Origin: Pristiophorus japonicus
Taxonomy: Eukaryota
DNA: 64,000 nucleotides
NCBI RefSeq assembly: GCF_044704955.1
Contig: NC_091993.1
Location: forward strand, 117,552,001 to 117,616,000
Direction: 5' to 3'
Position numbers and translations under genes: made by a program. The notes below the pieces were generated by a model, which saw only the letters and a program-made list of their open reading frames with translations, ran no database searches and was not told where the DNA came from. Below are positions 37,001 to 52,000 of the stretch, piece after piece (position 1 is the first letter of the stretch; each line of letters begins with the position of its first letter).

Positions 37001-40000
37001 TGAGAGCACAGATAGACACTTGGGAGTAGGATGTTATAGCTATTTCTGAGACATGGCTGAAAGAAGCGAAGGTATGGCAGCTCAACATTCCTAGTTACAG
37101 GGTTTTCAGATGGGATAGAGAGGGGGATAAAGAGGATGGGGGCGTGGCAGTATTGATTAAAGAAACAATTACACCTGTGAGGAACGATGATTTGTTAGCA
37201 GGATTATCAAATGAGGCCATGTGGGTTAAATTGAACAACAAAAAAGTGGCGCTCACACTGCTGGGAGTGTACTATTGACCCACAGTCAGAGGATGATCGA
37301 AGAGCAAACATGCAGGCAGATTTCTGAGTATTGCAAAAACTATAGGGCTGCAATAGTAGGGGATTTCAACTGCCCTAATATTAACTGGGATAACGTTAGT
37401 GTGAAAGTTATACAGGGTGCGAAATTCCTAAAATGCATTCAGGAGAACTTTTTTAGCCAGTATGTAGCAAGCCCAACAAGGGAGGGGGCGGTTTTGGACT
37501 TAGTTTTAGGGAATGAAGCCTGCAGATGGAAGGTGTATCAATGGAAGAGTATTTTGGTGCTAGTGATCATAATTCAGATAGATTTAGGGTAGTTATGGAA
37601 AAGGACAAGATAGACCAGGAATAAAAGTGCTCAATTGGGGAAAAGCCAATTTTGTTATGCTGAGATGGTATTTAGCCAAAGTAGACTGGGAACAGCTGTT
37701 TGAAGGTAAATCAGTGTTGGAGCGGTGGGAGACATTCAAGGAGGAGATCCTGAATGTTCAGAGCAAGTATGTTCCCTTCAAGAAAAAGGGTGGGACTAAC
37801 AAATCTGGAGCCTCCTGGATGTCATGGGGCATACAGGGTAGGAGAAAGGAAAAAAAGGGAGGCATGTGACAGATACCAAGGACTCAAAACTTCAGAAACT
37901 CTAGAGAAGTATAGTAAGTGCAGGGGTGAAATTAAAAAGGAAATTAGGAAAGCAAAGAGAGAGAATGAAAACATTTTGGCAAGTAAATTCAAGGAAAACC
38001 CAAAGATTTTTCATAAATACATTAACAGCAAGAGGATAACTAAAGAAAAAGTAGGGCCCATTAGAAACAAAAAGGTAATCTGTGTGTGGAATCAGATGTG
38101 TGTAGGGTTCTTAATGAATACTTTGCATCTGTTTTCACAAAAGAAAGAGGTGATGCAGACATTGCAATGAGGGAGAAGTAACATGAAATATTGGATGAAA
38201 TAAACATAGAGAGAGAGGAAGTATTAAGGGGTTTAGCAGCTTTGAAAGTGGATAAGTCCCCAGGCCCGGATGAAATGTGTGCCAGGCTGTTGAGAAGCAA
38301 AAGAGGAAATAGCAGAGGCTTTGACCATCATTTTCCAAACCTCTCTGGCAACAGGTGTGGTGCCTGATGACTGGAGGACTGCTAATGTTGTACCTCTGTT
38401 TAAAAAAGGAGAAAGGGATAGACTGAGTAATTACAGGCCAGTCAGCCGAACCTCCGTGGTGGCAAAATTATTGGAAAAAATGGTGTGGGACAGGATAAAT
38501 CTTCATTTAGAAACACACACATTAATCAAGGACAGGCAGCATGGATGTTTTAAGGGAAGGTCGTGTCTGACTAACTTGATTGCATTTTTTGAGGAGGTAA
38601 CAAGGAGGGTCGATGAGGGTAGCACGTTTGATGTAGTGTCTATGGATTTTAGCAAGGCTTTTGATAAGTTCCCACATGGCAGACTGGTTGCAAAATTAAA
38701 AGCCCATGGGACCAAGGCAAAGTGGCAAGTTGGATCCAAAATTGGCACAGAGGCAGGAAGCAAAGGGTAATGGTTGGTGGGTGGTTTTGTGACTGGAAGG
38801 CTGTTTCCAGTGGATTTCCACAGGGCTCAGTACTAGGTCCCTTGCTTTTTGTAGTATATATCAATGATTTAGACTTGAATGTAGAGTGTATGATTAAGAA
38901 GTTTGCAGATGATACAAAAATTGGCTGTGTGGTTGATAATGAAGAAAAAAGCTGTAGACTGCAGGAAGATATCATTGAACTGGTGGGCAGAACAGTGACA
39001 AATGGAATTCAATCCGGAGAAGTGTGAGGCAATGCATTTCGGGAGGAGTAACAAGACAAGAGAATACACATTAAATGGTAGGACACTGAGAAGTGTAGAG
39101 GAACAAAGGGACCTTGGAGTGCAGGTCCACAGATCCCTGAAAGTAGCAAGTCAGATAGATAAGGTGCGAAGAAGCCATTCGGAATACTTGCCTTCATAAG
39201 CCGAGGCATAGAATACAAGCGTAGGGAGGTTATGCTTGAACTATATAAAACACTAGTTAGGCCACAGCTAGAGTACTACGTGCAGTTCTGGTCACCACAT
39301 TACAGGAAAGATGTGATTGCACTGGACAGGGTACAGAAGAGATTTACGAGGATGTTGCCTGGACTGGAGAATTTTAGCTATGAGGAAAGATTGGATAGGC
39401 TGGGATTGTTTTCTTTGAGGATGAGAGGAGATCTTATTGAGGTGTATAAAATTATGACGGACCTACATAAAGTGGATAGGAAGAACCTATGTCCCTTAGC
39501 AGAGGGGTCACCAACCAGGGGGCATAGATTTAAAGTAATTGGTAGGACGTTTAGAGGGGAAATGTTTTCACACAGAGGGTGGTGGGGGTTTGGAACTCAC
39601 TGCCTGAAAGGGTGGGAGAGGCAGAAACCCTCACCACATTTAAAAGATACTTGGGCGTATACTTCGAGCGCTGTAACCTACAGGGCCATGGACCGAGAGC
39701 TGGAAAATGGGATTAGGCTGGATAGTGGGATTAGGCTGGATAAGTAGTTGTGGCCCGAAATGGCCTCCTTCTGTGCTGTAAATTTCTATGATTCTATTCT
39801 ATGAATGGGTCAAGTTAAGAAACAAAATATAAGTCTAGATAGGGTGTAAATGGAGATGGCAGAATCATCAACAGCTGCTGTGAGAAAGAGAAAAAACATT
39901 AAAAAAATAAAAAAATAGAGGCGGTTATTATAGTTTGAAATTGTTGAACTCGATGTTGAGTTCAGAAGGGTGTAAAGTGCCTAAACGAAATATGAGGTGC

Positions 40001-43000
40001 TATTCCTCGAGCTTGCCTTGAGATTCATTAGAACAGTGCAAGGGGCCCTTTAACTGCCACAACAGTAACTCTGTACCACCAACTCTCAGATATGGAAAAG
40101 AAACGGAAATTATCAGTAAAAATGGGTCACAGCCCAGTGTCAGCAGCCTCTCCTTGCTACTGGAGAAGGGGAAATTACACAGAAATTTAATCATCCAAAT
40201 CCATTATATCAACCAGGCTTTTACATAAGTAACGAAGTTCCATTTGACAATCGTGCTCTCTTGGTTGACTACAAATGAAAATTAGGTGAATCTAAATATT
40301 ATTTTGTTGTTTCAATAGGACTTGAATATTCTTGTGAAGTTTTTTCAACTGTATCACCAACAACTGCACATTCGACAAGTACAAATGTTATTTCCACTGA
40401 TAATCAAAAACAATCTTCAGGATCCAAATCCACTAAAAGGTACAATGTTCTCATTGTTGATGTTTTGACTGGCATTGCCTCCATCTGAGAGATTAAATAT
40501 TCTTTAATAGTTTTGGCATAAGGGTTGATAATCATTTATTATTTTGGAATGTTGCTCATCAGAATGGAAATGGTGGCTGGGTTTACATCATGCTGCTGTG
40601 TTAGCTTCCTAATGAAAGTGCTGCCTTTGTTGGTAGGAAATAAGCACCTCCATTTTGCCGCCCCTCAGATGGTGTTCTTTGCATTATTCACCATGATTAC
40701 TTCACCACTGACCTACTCTCATGGTGTATGATGAGTTGCACTTGCCAAACTTACCTTGCCGATATCTGTTCTGGTGTGGGGCTGACAGTAAAGTTTCTGT
40801 TGGTGAAAGTGAGCAATAGCAGCAATATATCTGCACCGCCCTTGATATCACCAGTGAGCAACATCTTCAGCTTTGGTCCAATTCTCAGTGTCGCTCACTA
40901 CAACTGCAGGAAGTTTCTTCTCTTAAAATGTATTATTGGGAGGTGGGCAATGCTGACAAGGTTACATTTATTGCCCTTCGCTAGATGCTCTGAGAAGGTG
41001 GTGCTGGGCCGCCTTCTTGATCTGCTGATCAATGGTGGTAAGAAATGCTATGATTTTGACCTAACAATAAAGAAACAGCAGTCTGTTTGCAAGCCAGAAC
41101 TGTGTGTAACTTCGAGGAGGTGGTGTTTGCATGATGTTGCTTGCCTTAATGGTACAGACATAGAAACATAGACATTTACAGCATTTACAGAAGGAGGCCA
41201 TTTTGGCCTATCGTGTCCGTGCCGGCCGACAAAGAGCCGCACGGCCCTCGGTCAGCAGCCTTGAAGATTACATGTAAACCTATGAACAATGAACAATGGC
41301 AGAAAGGTAAAGCGCACCCAGTCCAACCAGTCCGCCCCACACAACTGCGACATCCCTTATACTGAAACCTTCTGCATTCCACCCCAACCGGTGCCATGTG
41401 ATCTCCTGGGAGAGGCAAAAACCCGACAAAGACCCAGGCCAATTGAGGGAAAAAATCTGGGAAAATTCCTCTCCGACCCATCCAGGTGGTCAAAATTAGT
41501 CCAGGAGATCACCCTGGCCATATTCATTTCCCTGCAGTACTTACCATCGTATCTGCACCTGCCAACAAGAGGTTATCCAGTTTAATCCCAATTACCAGCT
41601 CTAGGTCCATAACCCTGCAGGTTACGGCACTTTAAGTGCCCATCCAAGCACCTTTTAAATGTAGTGAGGGTTTCTGCATCCACCACCCTTCCAGACAGTG
41701 AGTTCCAAACCCCCACAATCTTCTGCATGAAAAAGCCCCCCCTCAATTCCCCTCGAAACCTTCCACCAACCACCTTAAAACTATGCCCCCTCGAAAGTGA
41801 CTCCTCCACCAATGGAAATAGGCCCTTGCTATCCACTATATCCAGGCCCTTCAAAATGTTGTACACCTCATTGAGGTCTCCTCTCAACCTCCTCTGTTTC
41901 AATGAGAACAAACCCAGCCTATCCAATTGTCCTCATAGCTAAGATTCTCCATTCCAGGCAGCTTCCTAGTAAATCTCCTCTGCACAGTCTCTAGTGCAAT
42001 CACATCTTTCCTATAATACAGCGACCAGAACTGCACGCAGTACTCCAGCTGTGGCCCAATCAGAGTATTATACAATTTAAGTATAACCTCCCTGCTCTTG
42101 TATTCTATGCCTCGGCTAATAAAGGCAAGCATTCCGTATGTCTTCTTAACCACATGATCCACCTGGCCTGCTACTTTCAGGGATCTGTGGACAAGCACTC
42201 CAAGGTCCCTTTGTTCATCTACACTGTTAAGTGGCCAAATGCTTAATGTGTATACCCTTTCCTTATTAGCCCTCCCAAAGTGCATTACCTCACACATCTC
42301 CAAATTAAATTCCATTTGCCATTGCTCTGCCCACCTAACCAGTAGATGGATTTCCTCCTGCAGTCCATGACTTTTCTCTTCATTATCAACCACACAGCCA
42401 ATTTTAGTGTTATCTGCAAACTTCTTAATCATATTCCCTATATTCAAATCAAAATAATTGATATATACCACAAAAAGCAAGGGACTCAGAACTGAGTCCT
42501 GCGGAACCCCACTGGAATCATCCTTCCAGTCACAAAAACATCTATCCTTACCATTACCCTTTGCTTCCTACCTCTAAGCCAATTTTGAATCCAACTAGCC
42601 ACTTTGCCCTGGATCCCATGGGCTTTAACTTTCGTGACCAGTCTATCATGTGTGACCTTATCAAAAGCTTTGCTAAAGTCCATATACACTACATCATATG
42701 CACTAACCTCATCGACCCTCTTGGTTACCTCCTCAAAAAATTCAATCAGCTTAGTCAAATACGATCTTCCCTTAACAAATCCGTGCTGACTGTCCCTAAT
42801 TAATCCTTGCCTTTCCAAATGTAGATTTATCCTGTCTTTCAGGAGCTTTTTCAATAATTTTCCCACCACCACGATTATGCTGACAGGCCTGTAATTACAC
42901 GGCCTATCCCTTTCTCCCTTCTGAAACAAGGGTACCACATTAGCAGTCCTCCAGTCCTTCGGCACCATGTCAAAATCCAAAGATGACTGGAAAATGATGG

Positions 43001-46000
43001 TGAAGGCCTCTAATATTTCCTCTTTTTTATTTCGCTCAACAGCCTGGGATGCATTTCATCTGGGTCTGCGGACTTATCTACTTTCATAACTGTTAAATCC
43101 CTTAATACCTCCTCTGTCACTATGTTTATTTCATCCAGAATTCCACACTCCTCCTCCATAACAGTATTTGTATTGTCCATTTCCTTTGTGAAAACAGACG
43201 CAAAGTATTCATTCAGAACCATACCAACATCTTCTGCCTCCACAGAAAGATTATCCTCATGGTCTCGAATAGGCCCTACCCTTTCTTTAGTTACCCTCTT
43301 GCTCTTAATGTATTTATAGAACATCTTTGACCATTGGGCTCAGTGGTGATTTTAAGTTAAGCTGGGCAAGTTGTTTTAATAGATTCTCCGGATGTGGGTG
43401 TTGCTGCAGTGTGACCTGTAGATGGTGCGTACTGTAGCCACCGCGCGCCTGTAGTGGAGGAGATGGATATTGAGCTCAGCAGCAGGGGCACTGACCATAT
43501 GGACTTTGTCTTAAATAGTGGTGAACCTCAGTGTTATTACAGCTGCACCCATCCAAGGTGAGTACTCCCATCACACTCCAGGCTTGAGCACTGCAGATGA
43601 TGGAGAGGCTCGGAGGGATTAGCGGGTGAGATACTCGTTGCAAAGTACCCAGTCTCTTCCCTGCTTTTGTAGCCACAATGTTGGCGTGGCTGGTCCAGTT
43701 AAACTTCTGGCCAACAGTGACCCCTAGGATGTTGATGGCATGGGCCTCGTGTTTAGTGATGCCGTTTTAGGTCAGGGCTTGGAGGAGGATCTCCAATTCA
43801 TATTCTGTGGTTATATATTTCACCCAATGTGCTTGGGATGTAAATACTCAATTAATGTAACTAATTGCCGTATTATTAACCGAGATGTAGGTAACGAGCA
43901 GCAGAAATTGTAGTCCTATGTGAACACTAAGGAATTGGGTTTTTGACATTTAGTTGGTGTTTTCTCCTTATTACCATTGCAACTTCAAACAAATGTAGTA
44001 ACTGCTGGAAACACAAGACCGGTCTGTAGAGAAAACAGACACATTTATGGTTCGGGTGCAGACACTTCCTCAGAATTCTAGTTCACACCATAACCTAAAG
44101 ATATCTGTTCACCCCACAGCTGCCGACTGACCTGCTGAGTGTTTCTAGAAATTTCTGTTTTTCTTTCAGATTTCCTGCATATGCCAGATAAATTTACCAG
44201 ATAAATGTTAATTATGTAACAAATATTCAAAATCTATGCATTTTATTTTAGGACATATCCCTGTGTCTGTTCTGTTATATACAAACATAGAAAATAGGTG
44301 CAGGAGTAGGCCATTCGGCCCTTCGAGCCTGCACCACCATTCAATAAGATTATGGCTGATCATCACCTCAGTACCCCTTTCCTGCTTTCTCTCCATACCC
44401 CTTGATCCCTTTAGCCATAAGGACCATATCTAACTCCCTCTTTAATATATCCAACAAACTGGCATCAACAATTCTCTGCGGTAGAGAATTCCACAGATTA
44501 ACAACTCTCTGAGTGAAGAAGTTTCTCCTCATCTCGGTCCTAAATGGCTCCCCCCTTATCCTTAGATGGTGTCCCTGGTTCTGGACTTCCCCAACATCAG
44601 AAACATTCTTCCTGCATCTAACCTGTCCAGTCCCGTCAGAATTTTATATGTTTCTATGAGATCCCCTCTCATCCTTCTAAACTCCAGTGAATACAGGCCC
44701 AGTCGATCCAGTCTCTCCTCATATGTCAGCTCTGCCATCTGGTGAACCTTTGCTGCACTCCTTCAATACCAAGAATGTCCTTCCTCAGATTAGGAGACCA
44801 AAACTGAACACAATATTCCAGGTGAGGCCTCACCAAGGCCCTGTACAACTGCAGTAAGACCTCTCTGCTCTATACACAAATTCCCTAGTTATGAAGACCA
44901 ACAAGCCATTTGCCTTCTTCACCGCCTGCTGTACCTGCATGCCAATTTTCAATGACTGATGTACCATGACACCCAGGTCTCGTTGCACCTCCCCTTTTCC
45001 TAATCTGCCACCATTCAGATATTTTGCCTTTGTGTTTTTGCCACCAAAGTGGATAACCTCACATTTATCCACATTATATTGCATCTGCCATGCATTTGCC
45101 CTCTCGCCTAACCTGTCCAAGTCACCCTGCAGCCTCTTAGCATCCTCCTCACAGCTCACACCACCACCCACCTTAGTATCATCTGCAAACTTGGAGATAT
45201 TACACTCAATTCCTTCATCTAAATCATTAATGTATATTGTAAAAGCTGGGGTCCCAGGACTGAGCCCTGCGGCATCCCACTAGTCACTGCCTGCCATTCT
45301 GAAAAGGACCCGTTTATCTTGACTCTCTGCTTCCTGTCTGTCAACCAGTTCTCTATCCACGTCAATACATTACCCCCAATACCATGTGCTTTAATTTTGC
45401 ACACCAATCTTTTGTGTGGGACCTTGTCAAAAGCCTTTTGAAAGTCCAAATACACCACATCCACTGGTTCTCCCCTGTCCACTCTACTCATTACATCCTC
45501 AAAAAATTCTCGAAGATTTGTCAAGTATGATTTCCCTTTCATCAATCCATGCTGACTTGGACCGATCCTGTCACTGCTTTCCAAATGCGCTGCTATTTCA
45601 TCTTTAATAATTGATTACAACATTTTCCCCATTACTGATGTCAGGCTAACCAGTCTATAATTCCCCATTTTCTCTCTCCCTCCTTTCTTTAAAAAATGGT
45701 GTTTCATTAGCTACCCTCCAGTCCATAGGAACTGATCCAGAGTCGATAGAATGTTGGAAAATGACCACCAATGCATCCACTATTTCTAGGGCCACTTCCT
45801 TAAGTACTCTGGGGTGCAGACTATCAGGCCCTGGGGATTTATTGGCCTTCAATCCCATCAATTTCCCAAATGCAATTTCCTGACTAATAAGGATTTCCTT
45901 CAGTTCCTTCTTCTCATTAGAGCCTCGGTCCCCTAGTATTTCCGGAAGGATATTTGTGTCTTCCTTTGTGAAGACAGAATCAAGTATTTGTTCAATTGGC

Positions 46001-49000
46001 CTGCCATTTCTTTGCTCCCCATTATAAATTCACCTGATTCTGACTGCAAGGGACGTGAGCTTGTCTTCACTAATCCTTTTTCCCTTCACATATCTATAGA
46101 AGCTTTTGCAGTCAGTTTTTATGTTCCCAGCAAGCTTCCTCTCGTACTCCATTTTCCCCCTCCTAATTAAACCCTTTGTCCTCCTCTGCAAATTCTAAAT
46201 TTCTCCCAGTCCTCAGGTTTGCTGCTTGTTCTGGCCAATTTATATACCTCTTCCTTGGATTTAACACTATCCTTTGACTATAAATTTGACTATGAAGATC
46301 ATCTGACTATAAAATCCAGATAATGCATCAAAATGTTGTTACTTCTATATTGTCAGGTGTCACCAGGTATTCTTTTGTTCTGTTTGTTGTATATGAAACT
46401 TACCACGCATTAAAATGGCTCAGTGTTAGCACACTCATTTTCTGAGTCAGAAGGTCGTAGTTTCACGTCCCAATCCAGGGTCTTGAGCGCAATATCTAGG
46501 CTGATGCTCCAGTGCAGTACTGAGGGGGTGCTGCCTTTCAGATGAGACCTTAAATCAAGGGCCCATCTGCCCTCTCAGGTGGATGTAACAGGTTCCATGG
46601 CAATATTTGGAGAAGAGCAGGGGAGCTCTCCCTACTGTCCTTAACCAACACCACTAAAAAAAAAATACAGATCATCTGGTCATTATCACATTGCTGTTTG
46701 TGGGACCTTGTTGTGTGCATATTTGGCTGCCGTGTTATCTGCATTACAGCAATACATTCAAAAGTACTTCATTGACTGTAAAGTGCTTTGGGATGTCCTG
46801 AGGCCATGAAAGGTGCTATATAAATGCAAGTTCTTTAAACAAATAGCCAAGAATCAATAGAGAACCAGCGCTGACCCTTTCCTATTCTCTGTACCACAGG
46901 CTGATTTACATTGTGCTCGGTGTGCCGGGGGCCTTTATTGTTGTGCTTGCTGTTTGCCGACTTTTGTACCTGATGCAAAACAAGAAGGGTGAGTTTCTAT
47001 TTTTCTGCAATCATTTCATTATATGTCAATAATTTGCTGCAGAATATAAAGAGAACATAGTTTGTTGCAAACAACGAACACCTATGATTGTAGTATGCTG
47101 CACATTCTAGTCTAAATGTATAAAATATGGAAGAATAATTAAGTTGTTACGCTTGCTAGGTAACAGCAAATATTGGGTTTAGAATTTGACCCGTCGAGCC
47201 CGAGCCATCTCTCTGCAAGATCATTTCAGCCAGTCCCTCTCCCCTACCCTTTTCCCGTAGCCCTGCAAAAATGTTTCCTTCAGGTACATATCCAATTCCC
47301 TTTTTGAAAGCCGTGATTGAGTCTGCCTCCACCACCCTTTCAGGCCGTGCATTCCAGATCCTAACCACTCGCTGCATAAAAAGTTTTTCCTCATGTCGCC
47401 TTTGCTTCTTCTGCCAATCACCTTAAATCTGTGTCCTTTGGTTCTCAACCCTTCTGCCAATGAGGAATCTGAAGAAATTAATCTTGAAGCAGCTTGTAAG
47501 TTGTTGCACCTCACCACAGATGGTATAATAAAGTAACTTGTAATCTCCAGTAAGAGCACAGGGTCAGTAGGATTCCCACAGAAACCATCCTCTAAGTCTT
47601 TCATAAGAACATAAGAAATAGGAGCAGGAGTCGGCCATTTGGCCCCTCGAGCCTGCTCTGCCAATCAATAAGATCATTGCTGATATGATCCGGGCCTCAA
47701 AAAAAAATACTCCACTTCCCCACCAGCTCCTCATAACCCTTGACTCCCTTATCATTCAAAAATCTGTCTATCTCCATCTTAAATATATTCAAAGACCCAG
47801 CATCCACAGCTCTCTGGGATAGAGAATTCCACAGATTCACGACCCTCTGAGACAAGAAATTCCTCCTCATCTAAATTTTAAACGGGCGACCACTTATTCT
47901 GAAACTATGCCCCCTAGTTCTAGATTCCTCCATGAGGGGAAACATCCTCTCTGCATCTACCCTATCAAACCCCCTCAGAATCTTACATGTTTCAATAAGA
48001 TCACCTCTCATTCTTCTAAACTCCAAGAAGTATAGGCCCAACCTGCTCAATCTTTCTTTATATGACAACCTCTTCATCTCTGGAATCAACCTAGTGAACC
48101 TTCTCTGAACTGCCTCCAATGCAAGTATATCTTTCCTTAAATAAGGAGACCAAAACTGTACGCAGTACTCCAGGTGTGGTCTTACCAACTCCCTGTACAG
48201 TTGGAGCAGGACTTCCCTACTTTTATACTCTATCTCCCTTGCAATAAAGCCCAGCATTCCATTTGCCTTCCTGATTACTTGCTGGACCTGCATGCTAACT
48301 TTTTGCCTTTCCTGCACAAGAACCCCCAGATCCCTCTGTACCGCAGATTTTGTAACTTCTCCCCAGTTAAATAATAATTTGCTTTTTTTATTTTTCCCAC
48401 CAAAGTGGATAACCTCACATTTTCCCACATTATAGTCCATCTGCCAAATTTTTGTCCACTCACTGAGCCTCTCTATATCTCTTTGTAGATTCTTTGCTTC
48501 ATCCTCACAACTTGCTTTCCCACCTATCTTTTTATCATCAAATTTGGTTACATTACACTTGGTCCCTTCGTCCAATTCATTAATATAAATTGTAAATAGT
48601 TGAGGCCCCAGCACTGATCCCTGTGGCACCCCACTAGTTACAGTTTGCCAGCTGAAAGTGACCCATTTATCCCAATTCTCTGTTTTCTGTTAGTTAGCCA
48701 CTCCTCTATCCATGCTAATATAACACCCCCAAACCCGTGAGCTCTTATCTTGTGCAGTACCTTTTGTGTGGCACCTTATCGAATACTTTCTGGAAATCCA
48801 AATATACAACATCAACTGGTTCTCTTTTATCCACTCTACTCATTACATCCTCAAAGAACACCATCAAATTTGTCAAACATGTTTTCCCTTTAATAAAACC
48901 ACGCTGACGCTGCTTGACTGGATTATGATTTTCTAAATGTCCTGCTACTACTTCCTTAATGGTGGACTCCAGCATTTTCCCAATGACAGATGTTAGGCTA

Positions 49001-52000
49001 ACTGGTCTATAGTTTCCTGCTTTCTGTCTCCCTCCTTTCTTAAATAGAGGTGTTACATTTGTGGTTTTCCAGTCCGCTGGGACCTCTCCATAATTCAGGG
49101 AGTTTTTCTAGATTACAACTAATGCATCCACTATCTCTGCAGCCACTTCTTTTCAGACCCTAGGATGCAACCGTCAGGTCCAGAGAACTTGTCCACCTTT
49201 CGTCCCATTAGTAATTCTTTCATTAGGAGACAGGTGTTTAAAAGTGGTGATTTATTAAATCTGGTCCTAATGTTATGATGATAATCAAGTTTACAATCAT
49301 CATTGCATATACAAGCTATGTACAGGTTGAACCGCTCTTATCCGGGATTCCCTTATCCGGCACCACCCCTCGTCCGGAACCATTCCCGGCCGCTGGGTGG
49401 CGCATGCGCAGAACACAACCGTCAAAATCCTACTTGCCAATATAATCTTTCTCCTCGATCGGCTGCCTCCTCCTCGTCACCCTGCTGGAACTCCTGTAGC
49501 CACAGTCCTCGGGCCAGCCGCTCCTCTCCACAGCACTCCCTCTGGGGGGGTCGGGCTGACTGTTCTGGGCTCGCCAACTCGCCGACTCTTCTGGGTCTGC
49601 CGGCTCTTCGGGGCCCGCCAGCTCTTCGGGGCCCACCAACTCGCCGACTCTTCTGGGTCTGCTGGCTCTTTGGAGCCCACCAACTCTTCTCAGCCTCCTG
49701 CACACTGATTGGCTGACTGACAGTTATTCCAGCCAATCGGCGCACACACACACTGACCGCAGCAACACCTCAGCCCAGCCTAGTAACAGCACTTAAAGGC
49801 GCAGTTCATCCAAACACGTGAACTCCCCTCATCCGGCAAAATCCCTCATTCGGAACAGGCCAGATCCCGAGGATGTCGGATAAGGGAGGTTCAACTTGTA
49901 TTAACAACAAACTTGTTTCCTTTTTTCTTTTGTTTCTAAGTTACCTCATAGTTTCTTCCCTTCCCCTTCTCGTTTACTGGAGGTTTTCAATGATATGAAT
50001 GGTCCTGATCAAGTGAATGGAGAAAAATGGTTTTCTCTGGTTGGGGAGTCAGAGTTAAAGGGGTCATCAATTTAAAATTGTTACCAAGAGAGTGAGCAGA
50101 AAAGTAAGGAGACATTTCTTTATTCAGAGGGTTGCTGGAGCATGGAATGTTTTGTCACAGGGAGTGGCAATAACCCTTGGACCTTTTTAAAGGTAAATTG
50201 GGTAATGATTTGAAGCAGAGGGATATACAGAGCATTGAATAGTGAGCAAAGGCATTAGAATTAGTTTTGGATTGCTCCAGCAAAGAGCTGCCAGACAGAC
50301 TTCTCTAAGACTCATGGACCAACAAGGTGGACCAGTTTTCCGCTGCTAATGCTGCACCTGAGATCAATAAGGTGAGAACTCCTAAGATTTCTCCCGTCTG
50401 CTTATAGTGAAACCACTATTCTCGGCCATGGAGATGATTGGGTAATTCCCCGTCAATCACACCTGGAGACTGCACTGCTGTAAGTGACTGGGATTGAATT
50501 TATGCTCAGAATTTGCATGTAGCTATCATCCACACTACGTTTTGCTGGAGAAATAATTAATTTGTATTTTGTAACTACCCTTTGCTGGAGAAACCATCCT
50601 ATTATCATCAGGAGAAATGGCCATAGTTTTGGTCAGGAGTTCTGTTCCTCTAGTCCATAGAGACTCTTTTTAAATAGACCATGAAGACTGTTTGCTGTAA
50701 TGCACTGTTTAAATAGACTCTGCAGACTGTTTGCTGTAATGCACTGTTTAAATAGACTCTGCTGAGTAAATAGACTTTGCATTACTGTTTTCTTAATAAA
50801 TACATTTTGTTTTCTGCAAAATAAACTAGTCCTGCCCCGCCTCCAACTCATTGGCTGACACAGTGCAATTCATTGGCTGACACAGTGCAACTCATTGGCT
50901 GACATTGTGGTGTCAGTAGAAAAAAGAAAGAATTATATAATGACCATCAGACGTCCCAAAACACTTTTTAGACAAAGAAGTACTTCTTGAAGTTTAGTCA
51001 CTGTTATCATGTAGGAAACGCGGCAGACAATTTGCACACAGCAAGGTCCCACAAACAGCAATATGATAATCATCAGAAAATCTGTTTTCGTTATGTTGGT
51101 TGAGGGATAAATATTGGCCAGGAAACCAGGGATAACTCCCCTACTCTTCTTTGAAATAGTGCCATGGGATTTTTTATATCCACCTGAGAGCTGGCAATGC
51201 CTTGCATTAACATCTCATCCGAAAGATGGCACCTCCGACAGTGCAGCACTCCCTCAGTGCCTGAGCGTCAGCCAAGATTTTTGTGCTCTAGTCTCTGGAA
51301 TGAGACTTGAACCCACGACCTTCTGACTCAGAGGCGAGGGTGCTGCCAAATGAGCCACTCGCTGATACAACTCAGTCACTGGCTGACTCTGATTTCTCCC
51401 TGTGATGAATTGTTTGGCCTCCCACTGATGGCACAACATGTCAGGAGCTCATTTTCTGGGTAGAATTGATCGGTCTTTGTCTCGTAAAACCCTAAACACA
51501 CGGGAAGCTAATTTTCATCTTCACATCTTGAGCGATAATCTGGCAGAGTGCCTTGTAGAAATCAATCAGATTCTACTCGGGCGAGTTCTGCAACAGGCAG
51601 ATGATCGACAGCGTCAAACAGTGAAGGTGAAAGTTACCTCCGTGCTTTCTGAATATTGTGCATAATAACCAGAACAGTTTTTTGCTCTATGTGGGGAATC
51701 ATGTGTGTAATGCAGATGAGGTCCACATGAATGTAGATCAATGTAAGATCATACACTCTGAAACACATGCTCAGTTTGTACATTTAAATATATTAATTGT
51801 TCTTGTTATAGCTCTTTCAACAGCAACATTGTAATTTTTCAGATACAAATTGCATAATATGTCACAGAGAAGACGAGACTCTTCACGATAATCAGGTAAG
51901 GGTATTAAGTATGGATCCTCTGAATAACATTTGGAAATTATGAAACTGAAAATTAGGATTTTGGGCCAGGATGTGCACATGCATTATTTTAACCTTTTAA

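Noticed and set aside
46415-46475. tRNA gene
   Set aside because: Degenerate tRNA-like head continuous with a SINE body that recurs several times in the window.
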